Origin: a virus
Lineage: Duplodnaviria > Caudoviricetes
Reading direction: 5' to 3' (one strand)
DNA: 55,554 nucleotides
IMG/VR virus record: IMGVR_UViG_3300033148_006010
Coordinates: 1 to 55,554 of that record
The notes under the pieces are model-generated. The model did no database searches. It was not told where the DNA came from and saw nothing but the letters and a program-made list of their open reading frames with translations. The position numbers and the translations under genes were made by a program. The first letter of the stretch is position 1; the number at the start of each line of letters is the position of its first letter. Shown here piece after piece: positions 45,711-54,839 of this stretch.

Positions 45711-46360
45711 AATATCCTATTGGAATTGTTGTCGTAGCGGTTAATATAGAAGATAAAATTAGAACTAGGTTTAGAGATATTTTATATTCTAGTTCTTCTT
45801 TATATATGGATTGGATATGTACGGTTCGTTATTGGGAAGAATATAGTATGAATATTGATGGATTGCTTAATAAAAGTGAAGCACTTAATGATGGAATTAC
45901 GAGATTGCGAGATGAATGCGAAATTATAATTTGCACTGATATAGATATGCTTATACCGCCTCAATTAATTGAATATACTTATGAAATGTTAAAAGTTCCT
46001 AATAATACTAATTTGTGGATTCCCGCTAGGAATATAGATGAAGATAAAATTACACCTATTGAATGGGATAAATGGAAAAAATTGCCTTTGCGTATGAGTG
46101 GTACAGGTAGTTTTAATGCTATGCGAACAGAAGATTGGATTGAAAGCGGAGGATGGGATGAACGATTTATAGGATGGGGAGGAGAAGATGATTTTTTTAA
46201 ATTACAAAGAGAACATTTTGGAATTAAAACTATTGTAAGTACTGATTTTCCTTTGATGCATGTTAATCATTTGCCTAGACAAAATAAACAAGCATTAAAT
46301 GGTATTAACAAAAATGTTTTAGAGATAAGATTAAAAGAAGGATTTAAAAAATGGTTATAA
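45707..46360 (+). CDS. GT-A glycosyltransferase (GT2/GT7-like)
   Basis: NKSEALNDGI, TDID, GGWDERFIGWGGEDD, HVNH. Confidence 0.88.
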   Translation: MKYPIGIVVVAVNIEDKIRTRFRDILYSSSSLYMDWICTVRYWEEYSMNIDGLLNKSEALNDGITRLRDECEIIICTDIDMLIPPQLIEYTYEMLKVPNNTNLWIPARNIDEDKITPIEWDKWKKLPLRMSGTGSFNAMRTEDWIESGGWDERFIGWGGEDDFFKLQREHFGIKTIVSTDFPLMHVNHLPRQNKQALNGINKNVLEIRLKEGFKKWL

Positions 46361-47040
46361 ATCCTAATCATAATTACGTTACTTTTTTTGTATGTTTGCA
46401 ATGTCAAAGGCATTGCTCTGAATGTAGTCAACAACCTTTAATGAATTGGAAGCCTAAATATCAAATGAGTTTAGAAGAAATAGAAAAGTTTATTAAAGTT
46501 ACTAAAGATTCTGGCTATGATAAATTTAAATGGATTATAATATCTGGTGGAGAACCGTTATTGTGGAATAATTTAGAGGAAGGATTATCTTTATTAAAAA
46601 AATCTAAGATTGCTAATGCTATCAAAATTTTTAGTAATGGAATCAATGTATCTAAAATTACATATAAAGTATTGATTAATTCTAGTGTAATAAGGGTATC
46701 ACAATATAAAGAAAATTGGCAAATATTACAAGATTTAAAAAGACAATATAAAAACAAAATAGAAATTGTTGATAGAACTGTTCATACTAAACTACCTACT
46801 AAATTGTATGATAATGTTTTACCTGCTAAATGCCATTGTCAAGGTTATGCTGTTTGTGATAATAAGATTTATGCTTGTCCTATGATACCTGCTATTTGTC
46901 GTAAATTAAATTTTGATATAGAATATTTTTGTCCTATTATTCCTCATTGGGTAGAAGCATTAGATTTATTTAATAGGGAAAATGAATATGTTTGTCAAGG
47001 ATGTATAGGTAATTTAAAAGTTAGAGAAAAAATAAAATGA
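46351..47040 (+). CDS. Radical SAM enzyme with C-terminal Cys-rich (twitch/SPASM-like) region
   Basis: CQRHCSEC, SGGEPLL, SNG; later CHC...YACP...CQGC. Confidence 0.9.
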   Translation: MVINPNHNYVTFFVCLQCQRHCSECSQQPLMNWKPKYQMSLEEIEKFIKVTKDSGYDKFKWIIISGGEPLLWNNLEEGLSLLKKSKIANAIKIFSNGINVSKITYKVLINSSVIRVSQYKENWQILQDLKRQYKNKIEIVDRTVHTKLPTKLYDNVLPAKCHCQGYAVCDNKIYACPMIPAICRKLNFDIEYFCPIIPHWVEALDLFNRENEYVCQGCIGNLKVREKIK

Positions 47041-47606
47041 ATATAAAAGAACAAGCAAAAAAAAATTTATTAGATTTTAAACAAGTAGCAGATGAATTAA
47101 AAATTCCTTTTTTTCTACAGGCGGGAACATTGTTGGGAGCATATAGAGATAAGGACTTTGTTAAGGGAGATGAAAGTGATTGTGATTTAGGTATTTTAGA
47201 ATGTTATTATAAGCGTATTCATGAATTAATGATTACATTGAAAGCAATAGGGTTTAAAGTATCTTATATTTTTAGATTTGAAAATGCTATTGAAAGTGTT
47301 AAATTTGAAAGAGGACAAAATCATCTTGATGTTCTTAGTATACATATTAGAGGGAGTAGGGCATTTAATTTAGGTAGAAGTTTTGGTTCTCATGGATTAC
47401 CCTCTATTTTTGCATATACTTTTTCATCGGCTTGTTTTATAATATTTGAAAAATTAAAGTTTCTTGGTACAGAATTTGATGTACCTTATCCAACTGAAAT
47501 GTATTTAAATGATAAATATAGAGATTGGAGAGTTCCTGTTTCAAGAGAAAAATATGATTATTTAGATGTTAAACAAGCACCTTGTATAAATAATACTGAT
47601 TGGTGA
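47037..47606 (+). CDS. LicD-family nucleotidyltransferase-fold phosphotransferase
   Basis: GTLLGAYRD..F...E.D.DLG; FLG..F.VP...E.YL...Y.DW..P. Confidence 0.88.
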   Translation: MNIKEQAKKNLLDFKQVADELKIPFFLQAGTLLGAYRDKDFVKGDESDCDLGILECYYKRIHELMITLKAIGFKVSYIFRFENAIESVKFERGQNHLDVLSIHIRGSRAFNLGRSFGSHGLPSIFAYTFSSACFIIFEKLKFLGTEFDVPYPTEMYLNDKYRDWRVPVSREKYDYLDVKQAPCINNTDW

Positions 47607-48125
47607 TATCCAAAATGAAAAAAATAATATATGCAACAATTTGGGGAGAAGAAAAAATATCCCTTCCTACAGAACTTCCTATTTTATATAGCTATCCTTA
47701 TTCAATTAATTTACCTAAACATGTTGTTAAATCTACTTTATTTGATGCGTTATCTCATGCTAGATGCGTTATCTCATGCTATAGAAGCATTTTGGGCCAA
47801 TGATGCTACAGATGAAACAAAGAGATATTCAATTATAGCTATATCATTAATAAGACAATATTTAAATTATTGTTAAGAAGGTTGGCTATTGGTTGAAGCA
47901 GGAAACTATGCAGGTAGAGCTATAGCTTTAACTCGTACAAATATAGTTCATTCTACATCATATAATCTTACAATTAATTATGGCATAGAACATGGTACGG
48001 CATGTAGTATTTTATTACCTGATATTGTTAGTTATATGAATAATAAAGAACTGCCAATATTTTTTGGTTTAAAAAATACTCAAGAATTAGTTTGTTATCT
48101 AAGATTATTGAGGGATTCTTTATGA
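47600..48125 (+). pseudogene. Decayed iron-containing alcohol dehydrogenase, HEPD/phosphonoacetaldehyde reductase-like
   Basis: Three fragments join as YATIW...KISL...DALSHAIEAFW...AGRAIALTRTNIVHSTSYNLTINYGIEHGTAC; 19-bp tandem duplication 47744-47781; in-frame TAA 47874-47876; N-terminal NAD-binding part missing. Confidence 0.85.
47744..47781. repeat. Exact 19-bp tandem duplication GATGCGTTATCTCATGCTA x2
   Basis: Read directly; causes the frameshift in the Fe-ADH gene. Confidence 0.97.
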
Positions 48126-49084
48126 TAAATAAAATTGCAATTATATCTTATACAAGTAGACAAGAGGGATGTCTTTCCGGAGTAGAAAGATTTAATTGGT
48201 ATTTACAAAAAGCAATTGGTGGAAAAATATATACTGGAACAATGTTTAAAATGCCTAGTCCTCAGGCTTTAAATGCTGTTTTACAACATGAAGGATTAAT
48301 AGATGAAGAAACTTTATGTATAGTAGATGGTTCTTGGGGACTTGGAATAGATGTTGGTATTCTTGTTATAAGTGTTGTTCATGGTACTTGGGCGGAATTT
48401 AATTTAAGAAATCACAAGAAACATATTGAAGATAAAGACCAAGATAATATGTGGCATAGGCCTAATACAAAAATGGTTGCTGTATCAAATGCATCTGCTA
48501 AATATCTTTTAAAACATCATAAAGTTAAAGCGGATAAGATTATTTTAAATGGAGTTGATACAAATATTTTTAAACCTATTGAGCATAAACAAGTTAATCA
48601 TAAACCTGTTGTATTACATTGTGGTAGGGATTATAATAAAGATGGTGGTGGAAAATTACAACAAATTAAAGAGATGTTAAAAGATAAATTTCATTTTAAA
48701 TTATTGAATGTTAAGGACGGCGAAGAAATAAAAGTATTTCAACATTCTGATATAGTTTTACAATGTTCAAAATATGAAGGTAATTCTTATTTTATGCTTG
48801 AAGGAATGGCTTGTGGTTTACCTGTTGTTGCAAGCAGGGCTGGACTTTTTGAAGAAAAAACAATTTGTGGATATAAAAGTTTTAAGGGATTATTAGGAGA
48901 TACTTTAGAATATGATGCTAATGTTGATGAATTTGTACAAGCTATTGAAAGCGTTTATGAAAATAATAAGAAATATAATTATGGACAAAATTGTAGAAGG
49001 TGGATTTTAGAAAATGCTACATTTGAAATTTTTGCAAATCAATGGAAGGAATTTATAGAAGGAAATTATGGATTTAAAGTTTAG
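48122..49084 (+). CDS. GT4 (GT-B) glycosyltransferase
   Basis: SGVERF, VAVS, NGVDTNIF, YEGNSYFMLEGMACG.PVV (EX7E); ATG 48122 in ATGA overlap. Confidence 0.92.
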   Translation: MINKIAIISYTSRQEGCLSGVERFNWYLQKAIGGKIYTGTMFKMPSPQALNAVLQHEGLIDEETLCIVDGSWGLGIDVGILVISVVHGTWAEFNLRNHKKHIEDKDQDNMWHRPNTKMVAVSNASAKYLLKHHKVKADKIILNGVDTNIFKPIEHKQVNHKPVVLHCGRDYNKDGGGKLQQIKEMLKDKFHFKLLNVKDGEEIKVFQHSDIVLQCSKYEGNSYFMLEGMACGLPVVASRAGLFEEKTICGYKSFKGLLGDTLEYDANVDEFVQAIESVYENNKKYNYGQNCRRWILENATFEIFANQWKEFIEGNYGFKV

Positions 49085-49781
49085 TTGTGTTATTTTGACT
49101 TATAACAGAAAAGATGTTTTGAAAAAATGTTTACTTGCTGTAGCAGAAAATACTTATGAGCGTAGATGTAATTATGAAGTTATTGTTGTTAATAATTGTT
49201 CTAATGACGGAACATTAAAATTGCTTGATATTATGGGCGGACAGTTTGATAATTACAAAGTTCTTAATCTTAATAGAAATTATGGTGTTATTGCTCGTAA
49301 CAGAGCATTTAATCTTGCACGTGGGAAGTATATAGTTCAAATAGATGATGATGTTTTAGTTCAAAAAAATTGGGATAAAGAAGTTTTTAAATATTTTAGA
49401 AATCCTCAGGTTGGAGCAGTAGGAACGGAAGGGTCAAAATGGATAGGTTGGGTAAACAAGCATAATAAAGATATAAAAATAGGTGATTATGTAGATTTTC
49501 TTACTGGACAATTTTGGGTATTTAAAAATGAGAGTTGGTTATACGATGAAAGTTTTGGACATTTTTGGCACGAAGAATCTGATTTACAAATGTGGATGAA
49601 ATATAGAAAGAAATATAGGTTTTGTCAATGTAATAGAAATGTTATTAGGCATTTAGAATTAAGAAGCGAAAAGACAATGGATTGGAAGTTGCATGATAAA
49701 AATTGGCAGATGTTTGTTGATAAATGGAAGCCGAGAGAAAATCAATTAAATCTAGAGGGAAAAAATGCAAAGGTATTATAA
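49068..49781 (+). CDS. GT2 glycosyltransferase
   Basis: VILTYNR, VNNCSNDGT, NYG...RN, IDDD, EESDL. Confidence 0.92.
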   Translation: MDLKFSCVILTYNRKDVLKKCLLAVAENTYERRCNYEVIVVNNCSNDGTLKLLDIMGGQFDNYKVLNLNRNYGVIARNRAFNLARGKYIVQIDDDVLVQKNWDKEVFKYFRNPQVGAVGTEGSKWIGWVNKHNKDIKIGDYVDFLTGQFWVFKNESWLYDESFGHFWHEESDLQMWMKYRKKYRFCQCNRNVIRHLELRSEKTMDWKLHDKNWQMFVDKWKPRENQLNLEGKNAKVL

Positions 49782-49908
49782 TTTAGATTATTTTTTAAGA
49801 CCAGATGTTTATTTAAAAGTACATGAAGCTTATTGGAAGAGCCATAAAATTAAAAGATTTTTTAGAAATTTAATGATATTATGGTATATAATTAGAGGGA
49901 AAATATGA
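49765..49908 (+). CDS. Small hypothetical protein (47 aa, not in ORF track)
   Basis: GAGGG RBS, ATG 49765, ATGA overlap with the next gene. Confidence 0.55.
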   Translation: MQRYYNLDYFLRPDVYLKVHEAYWKSHKIKRFFRNLMILWYIIRGKI

Positions 49909-50864
49909 AAAAAATATTATTTGTATCACACGGATTTGCCTGTTTTATGTCAGACATATTATTCCATGGTTTAAAAAAATCAGGTTACGATGTTACTGAA
50001 TACCCTCAAGGAACTCATTATTATGGTGGAGATAGTGTGTTTGCAGGCAGGAAAAACTTAGGTAAGAATGATTTTTTAAACTTTTGTTATTTTGATTTTT
50101 CTAGAAAACAGTTGTCAGATGAAGAAATATTAAATCAAGATTATGATGCTGTTATAATTACTTCTTGGGTACCAGAAAAACCATGGATATTAGAAAATAT
50201 TTATAAGCGTTTTAAAGGTAAAATTCCTATTGCATTTGTGGATGGAGAAGACGATAAAATAATTAGAAAAAGAGAATTTTATAATGATATTTATTTTAAA
50301 AGAGAAGCTTGTAATAATGAAAATGTTAAACCTATTACGTTTGGTATTATAGATAAATATGAATTTGATTTAATAGATTATAATAAAAAACATTATGATT
50401 TAAGCTTTATCGCATCTGGACATAATATAAATAGTTTAAGATGTCAAATGTTCAGATTTTTAAAACAAGAAAAGAATGATAAAATATTTTATATGGATGT
50501 TGAAAGAGATAAAAGAGGTATGTTGTCTTACGCAGAGTATTTCAATGTTTTACGCAATTCAAAAATTGGTATTAGTATAGAAGGGGAAGGATATGATACA
50601 TATCGTTATTGGGAAGTTCCTTATTTTGGGGCAATGCTTATAGCTGATATGCCTAAAATAGATATATCTAATAATTTCATTGATATGGAAAGTGCTGTAT
50701 TTTTTAAAAACATTATGGATTTTCAAGATAAATTTAATTTCTTAAAAAAGAATCCCTTAAAAATAAAACATATTGCTGAACAAGGATATCAACATTTAAT
50801 GAAATATCACACGTCTAAAAACAGGGCTCAATATGTTATAAACGAATTGGAGAAAATAAAATGA
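49905..50864 (+). CDS. GT-B glycosyltransferase (Glyco_trans_1_2 / CgeB-like)
   Basis: DGED, YFKRE, Y...LRNSKIGIS..G.GYDTYRYWE...G, IAEQG...H. Confidence 0.82.
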   Translation: MKKILFVSHGFACFMSDILFHGLKKSGYDVTEYPQGTHYYGGDSVFAGRKNLGKNDFLNFCYFDFSRKQLSDEEILNQDYDAVIITSWVPEKPWILENIYKRFKGKIPIAFVDGEDDKIIRKREFYNDIYFKREACNNENVKPITFGIIDKYEFDLIDYNKKHYDLSFIASGHNINSLRCQMFRFLKQEKNDKIFYMDVERDKRGMLSYAEYFNVLRNSKIGISIEGEGYDTYRYWEVPYFGAMLIADMPKIDISNNFIDMESAVFFKNIMDFQDKFNFLKKNPLKIKHIAEQGYQHLMKYHTSKNRAQYVINELEKIK

Positions 50865-51631
50865 TAGATATTGTAATAGTAAATTATAATTATGGTAAAT
50901 ATATAATACCTTTATTAAATTCATTACTTAAATGTCAAGATGTGTCTTTTATAAATCAAACCATAACAGTTGTTGATAATAAATCTAAAGATGATTCTGT
51001 TCAATTAATTACTGATTGGCTTTATAATAAAGATTTTTCGTGTAATTTAATTATGTCTGAAAATAAAGGTTATGCTCATGCTGTTAATTTAGGGGCAAGA
51101 ATTAATAAAAGTAAATATATCATGATTTTAAATGCAGATATGCTTGTTTTGGATAGTTTTTGGAAAGAGAAATTTATAGATACATTTGAATCAGAGAAAA
51201 ATATTGCAGTTGTAGGGTGTAAATTAATTGACCAGTTTAAAAAAGTTGTTGGTGCGGGTACTATGGGTACATTTCAACGTAGACAATTTAGAGCTTATGG
51301 TGTGAACGATTCTGCGATTCCTAGCGATATTTTTAATCAACCTGCAGATTGTATTAATGTTTGTGGTGCGGCTTATATGGTTCGTCGTGATATATTTGAA
51401 AAGCTTGGAGGTTTTGATGAAGATTTTTTTATGTATTATGAAGAAGAATTTTTTTCAATTAAGGTTCAAAAATTGTTAGGAATGAAAGTTAGATATATAC
51501 CTTATACAACATTTTTACATTATTCAAATCCGTCCGGAAAGTTTAATAACGAAAATCGTTATCAAAGAATATCAGGTAAAACTTTCATAAGGAAATGTAA
51601 AGAAATAGGAATACAGGGGGTTCAGGTATGA
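50861..51631 (+). CDS. GT2 glycosyltransferase (rhamnosyltransferase-like subgroup)
   Basis: IVIVNYN, VDNKSKDDS, NKGYAHAVNLG, LNAD, GGFDEDFFMYYEE. Confidence 0.93.
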   Translation: MIDIVIVNYNYGKYIIPLLNSLLKCQDVSFINQTITVVDNKSKDDSVQLITDWLYNKDFSCNLIMSENKGYAHAVNLGARINKSKYIMILNADMLVLDSFWKEKFIDTFESEKNIAVVGCKLIDQFKKVVGAGTMGTFQRRQFRAYGVNDSAIPSDIFNQPADCINVCGAAYMVRRDIFEKLGGFDEDFFMYYEEEFFSIKVQKLLGMKVRYIPYTTFLHYSNPSGKFNNENRYQRISGKTFIRKCKEIGIQGVQV

Positions 51632-52332
51632 GTATAATAGGTGCGTGTGTGGTTTATAATAATCAACATATTTTTCATAAACCATTAGAAACATTTAGAG
51701 CTTTATGTGATAAAATAATTATAGTAGATGATTGTTCTGGATTTTTTTATAAAGGAATGATTCAAAAATATTATAATAAGAATAATTGGCGAGTATATGC
51801 ATTAGGCAAAAAAACGAAGAAAGAAATTGAAAGACGTTCTAAATTATGGAATTTAATTTGTGAAGATAGTACTGAAAATGATTGGATTGTTTTGCTTGAT
51901 TCAGATGAATCTTATCACGAAAAAGACTGGAAGCATTTGTTAGATTTAATGAATCAATATAAAAACGATGACCATATACGATATATTGCTACTAGATTAT
52001 ATAACATGTGGAGCGAAACGGAATATAGAATAGATGGTTACTGGAATCCTAAATTTGAATTAAAAAGGCGAATTTTTAAACTTAAAAAAGGAGATTATGT
52101 GCCTAGAAATTTTAATCCGAATATTATAGAATGTGGCGAAGTTCCTAGTTATGTTTTCGGATTAAGTGGTATAAATACGGAATGTAAATTGCTTCATTGG
52201 GGCTATGTTTTACCCAAAGAAAGACAGCGTAAATACGAATTTCATAAAAAAGTAGACCCTGAAGGAAAATTTCATTTATCTTCTCATATAGACAGTATAA
52301 TTCAAAAACCTACATTGACGACATTGACATGA
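51628..52332 (+). CDS. GT-A glycosyltransferase (GT2-like)
   Basis: IIVDDCS, WIVLLDSDE, LLHWGY. Confidence 0.85.
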   Translation: MSIIGACVVYNNQHIFHKPLETFRALCDKIIIVDDCSGFFYKGMIQKYYNKNNWRVYALGKKTKKEIERRSKLWNLICEDSTENDWIVLLDSDESYHEKDWKHLLDLMNQYKNDDHIRYIATRLYNMWSETEYRIDGYWNPKFELKRRIFKLKKGDYVPRNFNPNIIECGEVPSYVFGLSGINTECKLLHWGYVLPKERQRKYEFHKKVDPEGKFHLSSHIDSIIQKPTLTTLT

Positions 52333-53462
52333 AAAAAATAGCATTAATTAATCCTGCAAGTTCTTTTTTAGTTCATGATGGAGATAGACCACCTTTAAAT
52401 CTTGCTTATCTTGCTACAAGTGTTAGGCAATCACACGATATAAAAATTTTTGATTTTTCTATAAATAATCATTTAAAATTACTCAGAGAAATTAGAAAAT
52501 ATAATCCTGATATTATTGGATATACTGCTACTACTCCTACTTTTCCTGAAACTGTAAGATTATTAAAAGAAATATCGGTTATTGTACCGACAGCTATAAA
52601 TGTTATCGGTGGTGTCCATGCTACAATTATGCCTAAATATTGTTTAAAATGGTTTGATTATGTAATTATAGGTGAAGCTGATTTTAGTTTTAAGAAATTT
52701 TGTAGCGAAGAAAAACCGAAAGATAGAATTATTAAATCTGATACGATATATAAAATTGATGGACTATTACCAGCACGAGATTTATTGCCTATGAATAAGT
52801 ATAACATGCAATTAGATAACGAAAAATGTACAATTATAATTACTTCAAGGGGATGCCCTTATGGATGTATTTATTGTAGTTCGATTGCTGGTAAAAGAGT
52901 AAGATTAAATAGTGCCGAAAATGTTGTTAATGAAATTGGTGATATAATGAGTAAATATAATTATAGAAGTTTTTATTTTCTTGATGATATATTTACTATA
53001 GATAGATTTCGGGTATTTGAAATTTGTAGATTAATAAGAGAAAGAAAATTGAATATTGAATTTAGAATTACTACTAGAATTGATTTAGTTGATAAGGTTA
53101 TGTTAAATGTTTTAAAAGCATCTGGTTGTAAAATGATTTGTTATGGTTTAGGATCTGGTTCCGATAGAATGTTAAAATTTTATAATAAGAAATTTCAAGT
53201 ACAAGATATTAAAAGAGTTGTTAATATGACTAAACAAGTTGGCATTGAAATAAAAGGGTTTTGGATGCATTCTAAATATGAAAATATAGAGGATGGAAAC
53301 GATACTGATAGTCTTATAAAGGAATTAAATTTAAAAGAAAATGGCATATACGATTTAGTTGTATATCCAGGTTCTGAATTGTGGCGAAGGGAAATGAAAA
53401 ATATAGAGCCAGATATTCAATATTTTGAAAAATTATATCATGGAGGAAAGAATAATGCGTAA
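52329..53462 (+). CDS. Cobalamin-binding (class B) radical SAM enzyme
   Basis: PPLNLAYLA, GGVHAT, GEAD, TSRGCPYGCIYC, FLDDIF, YPGSELW. Confidence 0.92.
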   Translation: MKKIALINPASSFLVHDGDRPPLNLAYLATSVRQSHDIKIFDFSINNHLKLLREIRKYNPDIIGYTATTPTFPETVRLLKEISVIVPTAINVIGGVHATIMPKYCLKWFDYVIIGEADFSFKKFCSEEKPKDRIIKSDTIYKIDGLLPARDLLPMNKYNMQLDNEKCTIIITSRGCPYGCIYCSSIAGKRVRLNSAENVVNEIGDIMSKYNYRSFYFLDDIFTIDRFRVFEICRLIRERKLNIEFRITTRIDLVDKVMLNVLKASGCKMICYGLGSGSDRMLKFYNKKFQVQDIKRVVNMTKQVGIEIKGFWMHSKYENIEDGNDTDSLIKELNLKENGIYDLVVYPGSELWRREMKNIEPDIQYFEKLYHGGKNNA

Positions 53463-53586
53463 GGAAACTATTTTGGATTATATTTGTCCAAAATGCGGTT
53501 ATAATAGGTGGAAAACTGTAATTAAAGGTAAAAAATATCAATGTAGAAACAAGAATTGTAATTATATTAAGGAGATGAAACGATGA
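53455..53586 (+). CDS. Small zinc-ribbon protein (43 aa, not in ORF track)
   Basis: GGAGG RBS; CPKCG...CRNKNC; ATGA overlap with the next gene. Confidence 0.6.
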   Translation: MRKETILDYICPKCGYNRWKTVIKGKKYQCRNKNCNYIKEMKR

Positions 53587-54365
53587 GCAGGGTTTTACTT
53601 ATAGCAGGTGGATATAGGTTAGGCGACAGTTTCCATCTTATTCCTATATTACGCAAATTAGCTCAAAAACATGATGAAATAACATGGATTACTGGAGAAT
53701 ATGCTAGAGAAGTATCTACCTTTTTAGCTTCTGTTTCGAATTTAAAAATTAAACATTTAAGAATTATGAGTGAGTATAGAAAACCTGGAGACATAACAGA
53801 CAGGGAACGATTTGTTAATCATATATTTTATAATGATGGTAGGAATAGAGATGAAATAAATCCTAAACAATTTGATGAAATAGTAACAGATGTTCGCTGT
53901 AGTTTTGAAATTGCTTATAATTATAAAGGTTATATTGGTAATTATCCAGAATTAACTACTATTGATTTACTTATTGAAAAAAAATCTTTACCTTATATAT
54001 GTGTTCAACCTGATAGTATATCAAAACAGAAATCTATAAAAAGTTTAGTAAATCTTGATTATCCTTTACGCACTTATACTTTGGGTTGTAAAAATGAATT
54101 GCTAGTTTTTAAATCGCAAGATGCTAGACAAATTCCGTATGAAGAATCTATGAAATTGCTTTATCAGTCAAGATTTAATGTATGTATTCATTCTAGTTTT
54201 GCATGTGCAAGTTTTTACTTTAATAAGCCTACAATTATTATCCATTTTTTTAATGGGCAGTTCAAATTTGGCAAGTTTCATAATAACTGTTTAGACCTTG
54301 TAACTCCTACAGGAAAACAGATAGAACAAGCTATGAGAGAATACGCTGAAAAATACAAGTCTTAA
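53583..54365 (+). CDS. Divergent GT9-like glycosyltransferase
   Basis: RLGDSFHLIPILRKL start, YICVQP, CIHSSFACAS...KPTIII. Confidence 0.7.
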   Translation: MSRVLLIAGGYRLGDSFHLIPILRKLAQKHDEITWITGEYAREVSTFLASVSNLKIKHLRIMSEYRKPGDITDRERFVNHIFYNDGRNRDEINPKQFDEIVTDVRCSFEIAYNYKGYIGNYPELTTIDLLIEKKSLPYICVQPDSISKQKSIKSLVNLDYPLRTYTLGCKNELLVFKSQDARQIPYEESMKLLYQSRFNVCIHSSFACASFYFNKPTIIIHFFNGQFKFGKFHNNCLDLVTPTGKQIEQAMREYAEKYKS

Positions 54366-54432
54366 TATCCTCGACGATAAAAGTCGTATTGTAAGGTAGT
54401 ATAAATCGGTATAAACTTTTTTAAAATAACTA

Positions 54433-54461
54433 TTGACAATAAATGGTATATGTACTATACT
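54433..54461 (+). promoter_or_regulatory. Sigma70-type early promoter
   Basis: TTGACA (54433-54438) - 17 bp - TATACT (54456-54461). Confidence 0.85.
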
Positions 54462-54478
54462 GTTAGTGTAAGAAGATG

Positions 54479-54630
54479 TAAAACTAAGGGGTTTGAGAAA
54501 GTGTTAAAACTAAGGGAAAAACAATCAAAAAATCTTGTAAAAAATCAAAGGGACAGGTTTACCCTTAGTTCGTTTGGTACTCAGCCAAACACCCTGTCCC
54601 TAAATTTGCATAGTAAAAAACTAAGGGGGG
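54479..54630 (+). ncRNA. Structured early leader RNA with repeat / anti-repeat elements
   Basis: Stem AGGGACAGG/CCTGTCCCT enclosing CCCTTAGTT and hairpin GTTTGG/CCAAAC; three AAAACTAAGGG copies, the last overlapping the RBS. Confidence 0.55.
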
Positions 54631-54638
54631 TAAAATTT

Positions 54639-54839
54639 ATGTCTGAATTAAATTTAGTTTGGAAAAATAGTATTGAAAAAGAACAAGCGTGTAGATTGAT
54701 AGAAGAACAGAAAAAGACGAATGACAGATTGATAAAAACGACTCGACAGCTTGAAATAAAATTGATAGTAGCAGAAGCATTTAACGATAGGTTGATTAAG
54801 GAAAAAGAAGAATTAAATAGAAAATTAAAAGAAATATGA
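54639..54839 (+). CDS. Small coiled-coil early protein
   Basis: AAGGGGGG RBS before ATG 54639; track start at 54450 lies inside the promoter. Confidence 0.7.
   Translation: MSELNLVWKNSIEKEQACRLIEEQKKTNDRLIKTTRQLEIKLIVAEAFNDRLIKEKEELNRKLKEI

Noticed and set aside
582-47876. Stop-codon reassignment suggested by in-frame TAA at 630 and 47874
   Set aside because: TAA, TAG and TGA all end intact genes throughout, coding density is high under the standard code, no suppressor tRNA is seen, and the Fe-ADH gene has other lesions
1389-53541. All minus-strand ORFs in the supplied track
   Set aside because: They lie antisense to well-supported + strand genes or in regulatory gaps, are Phe/Ile/Leu/Ser-rich mirror translations of Lys/Glu-rich genes, and lack RBSs or motifs
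45045-54365. Host LPS/capsule locus flanking a prophage
   Set aside because: The cluster is coupled to phage-type genes, shares the AT-rich style and GATC avoidance, is followed by the phage early promoter, and lacks transport and NDP-sugar genes or att-like boundaries
54450-54638. N-terminal 63 codons of track ORF 54450..54839
   Set aside because: The ATG lies between the -35 and -10 boxes; the RBS-supported start is 54639 and this stretch is better read as leader RNA
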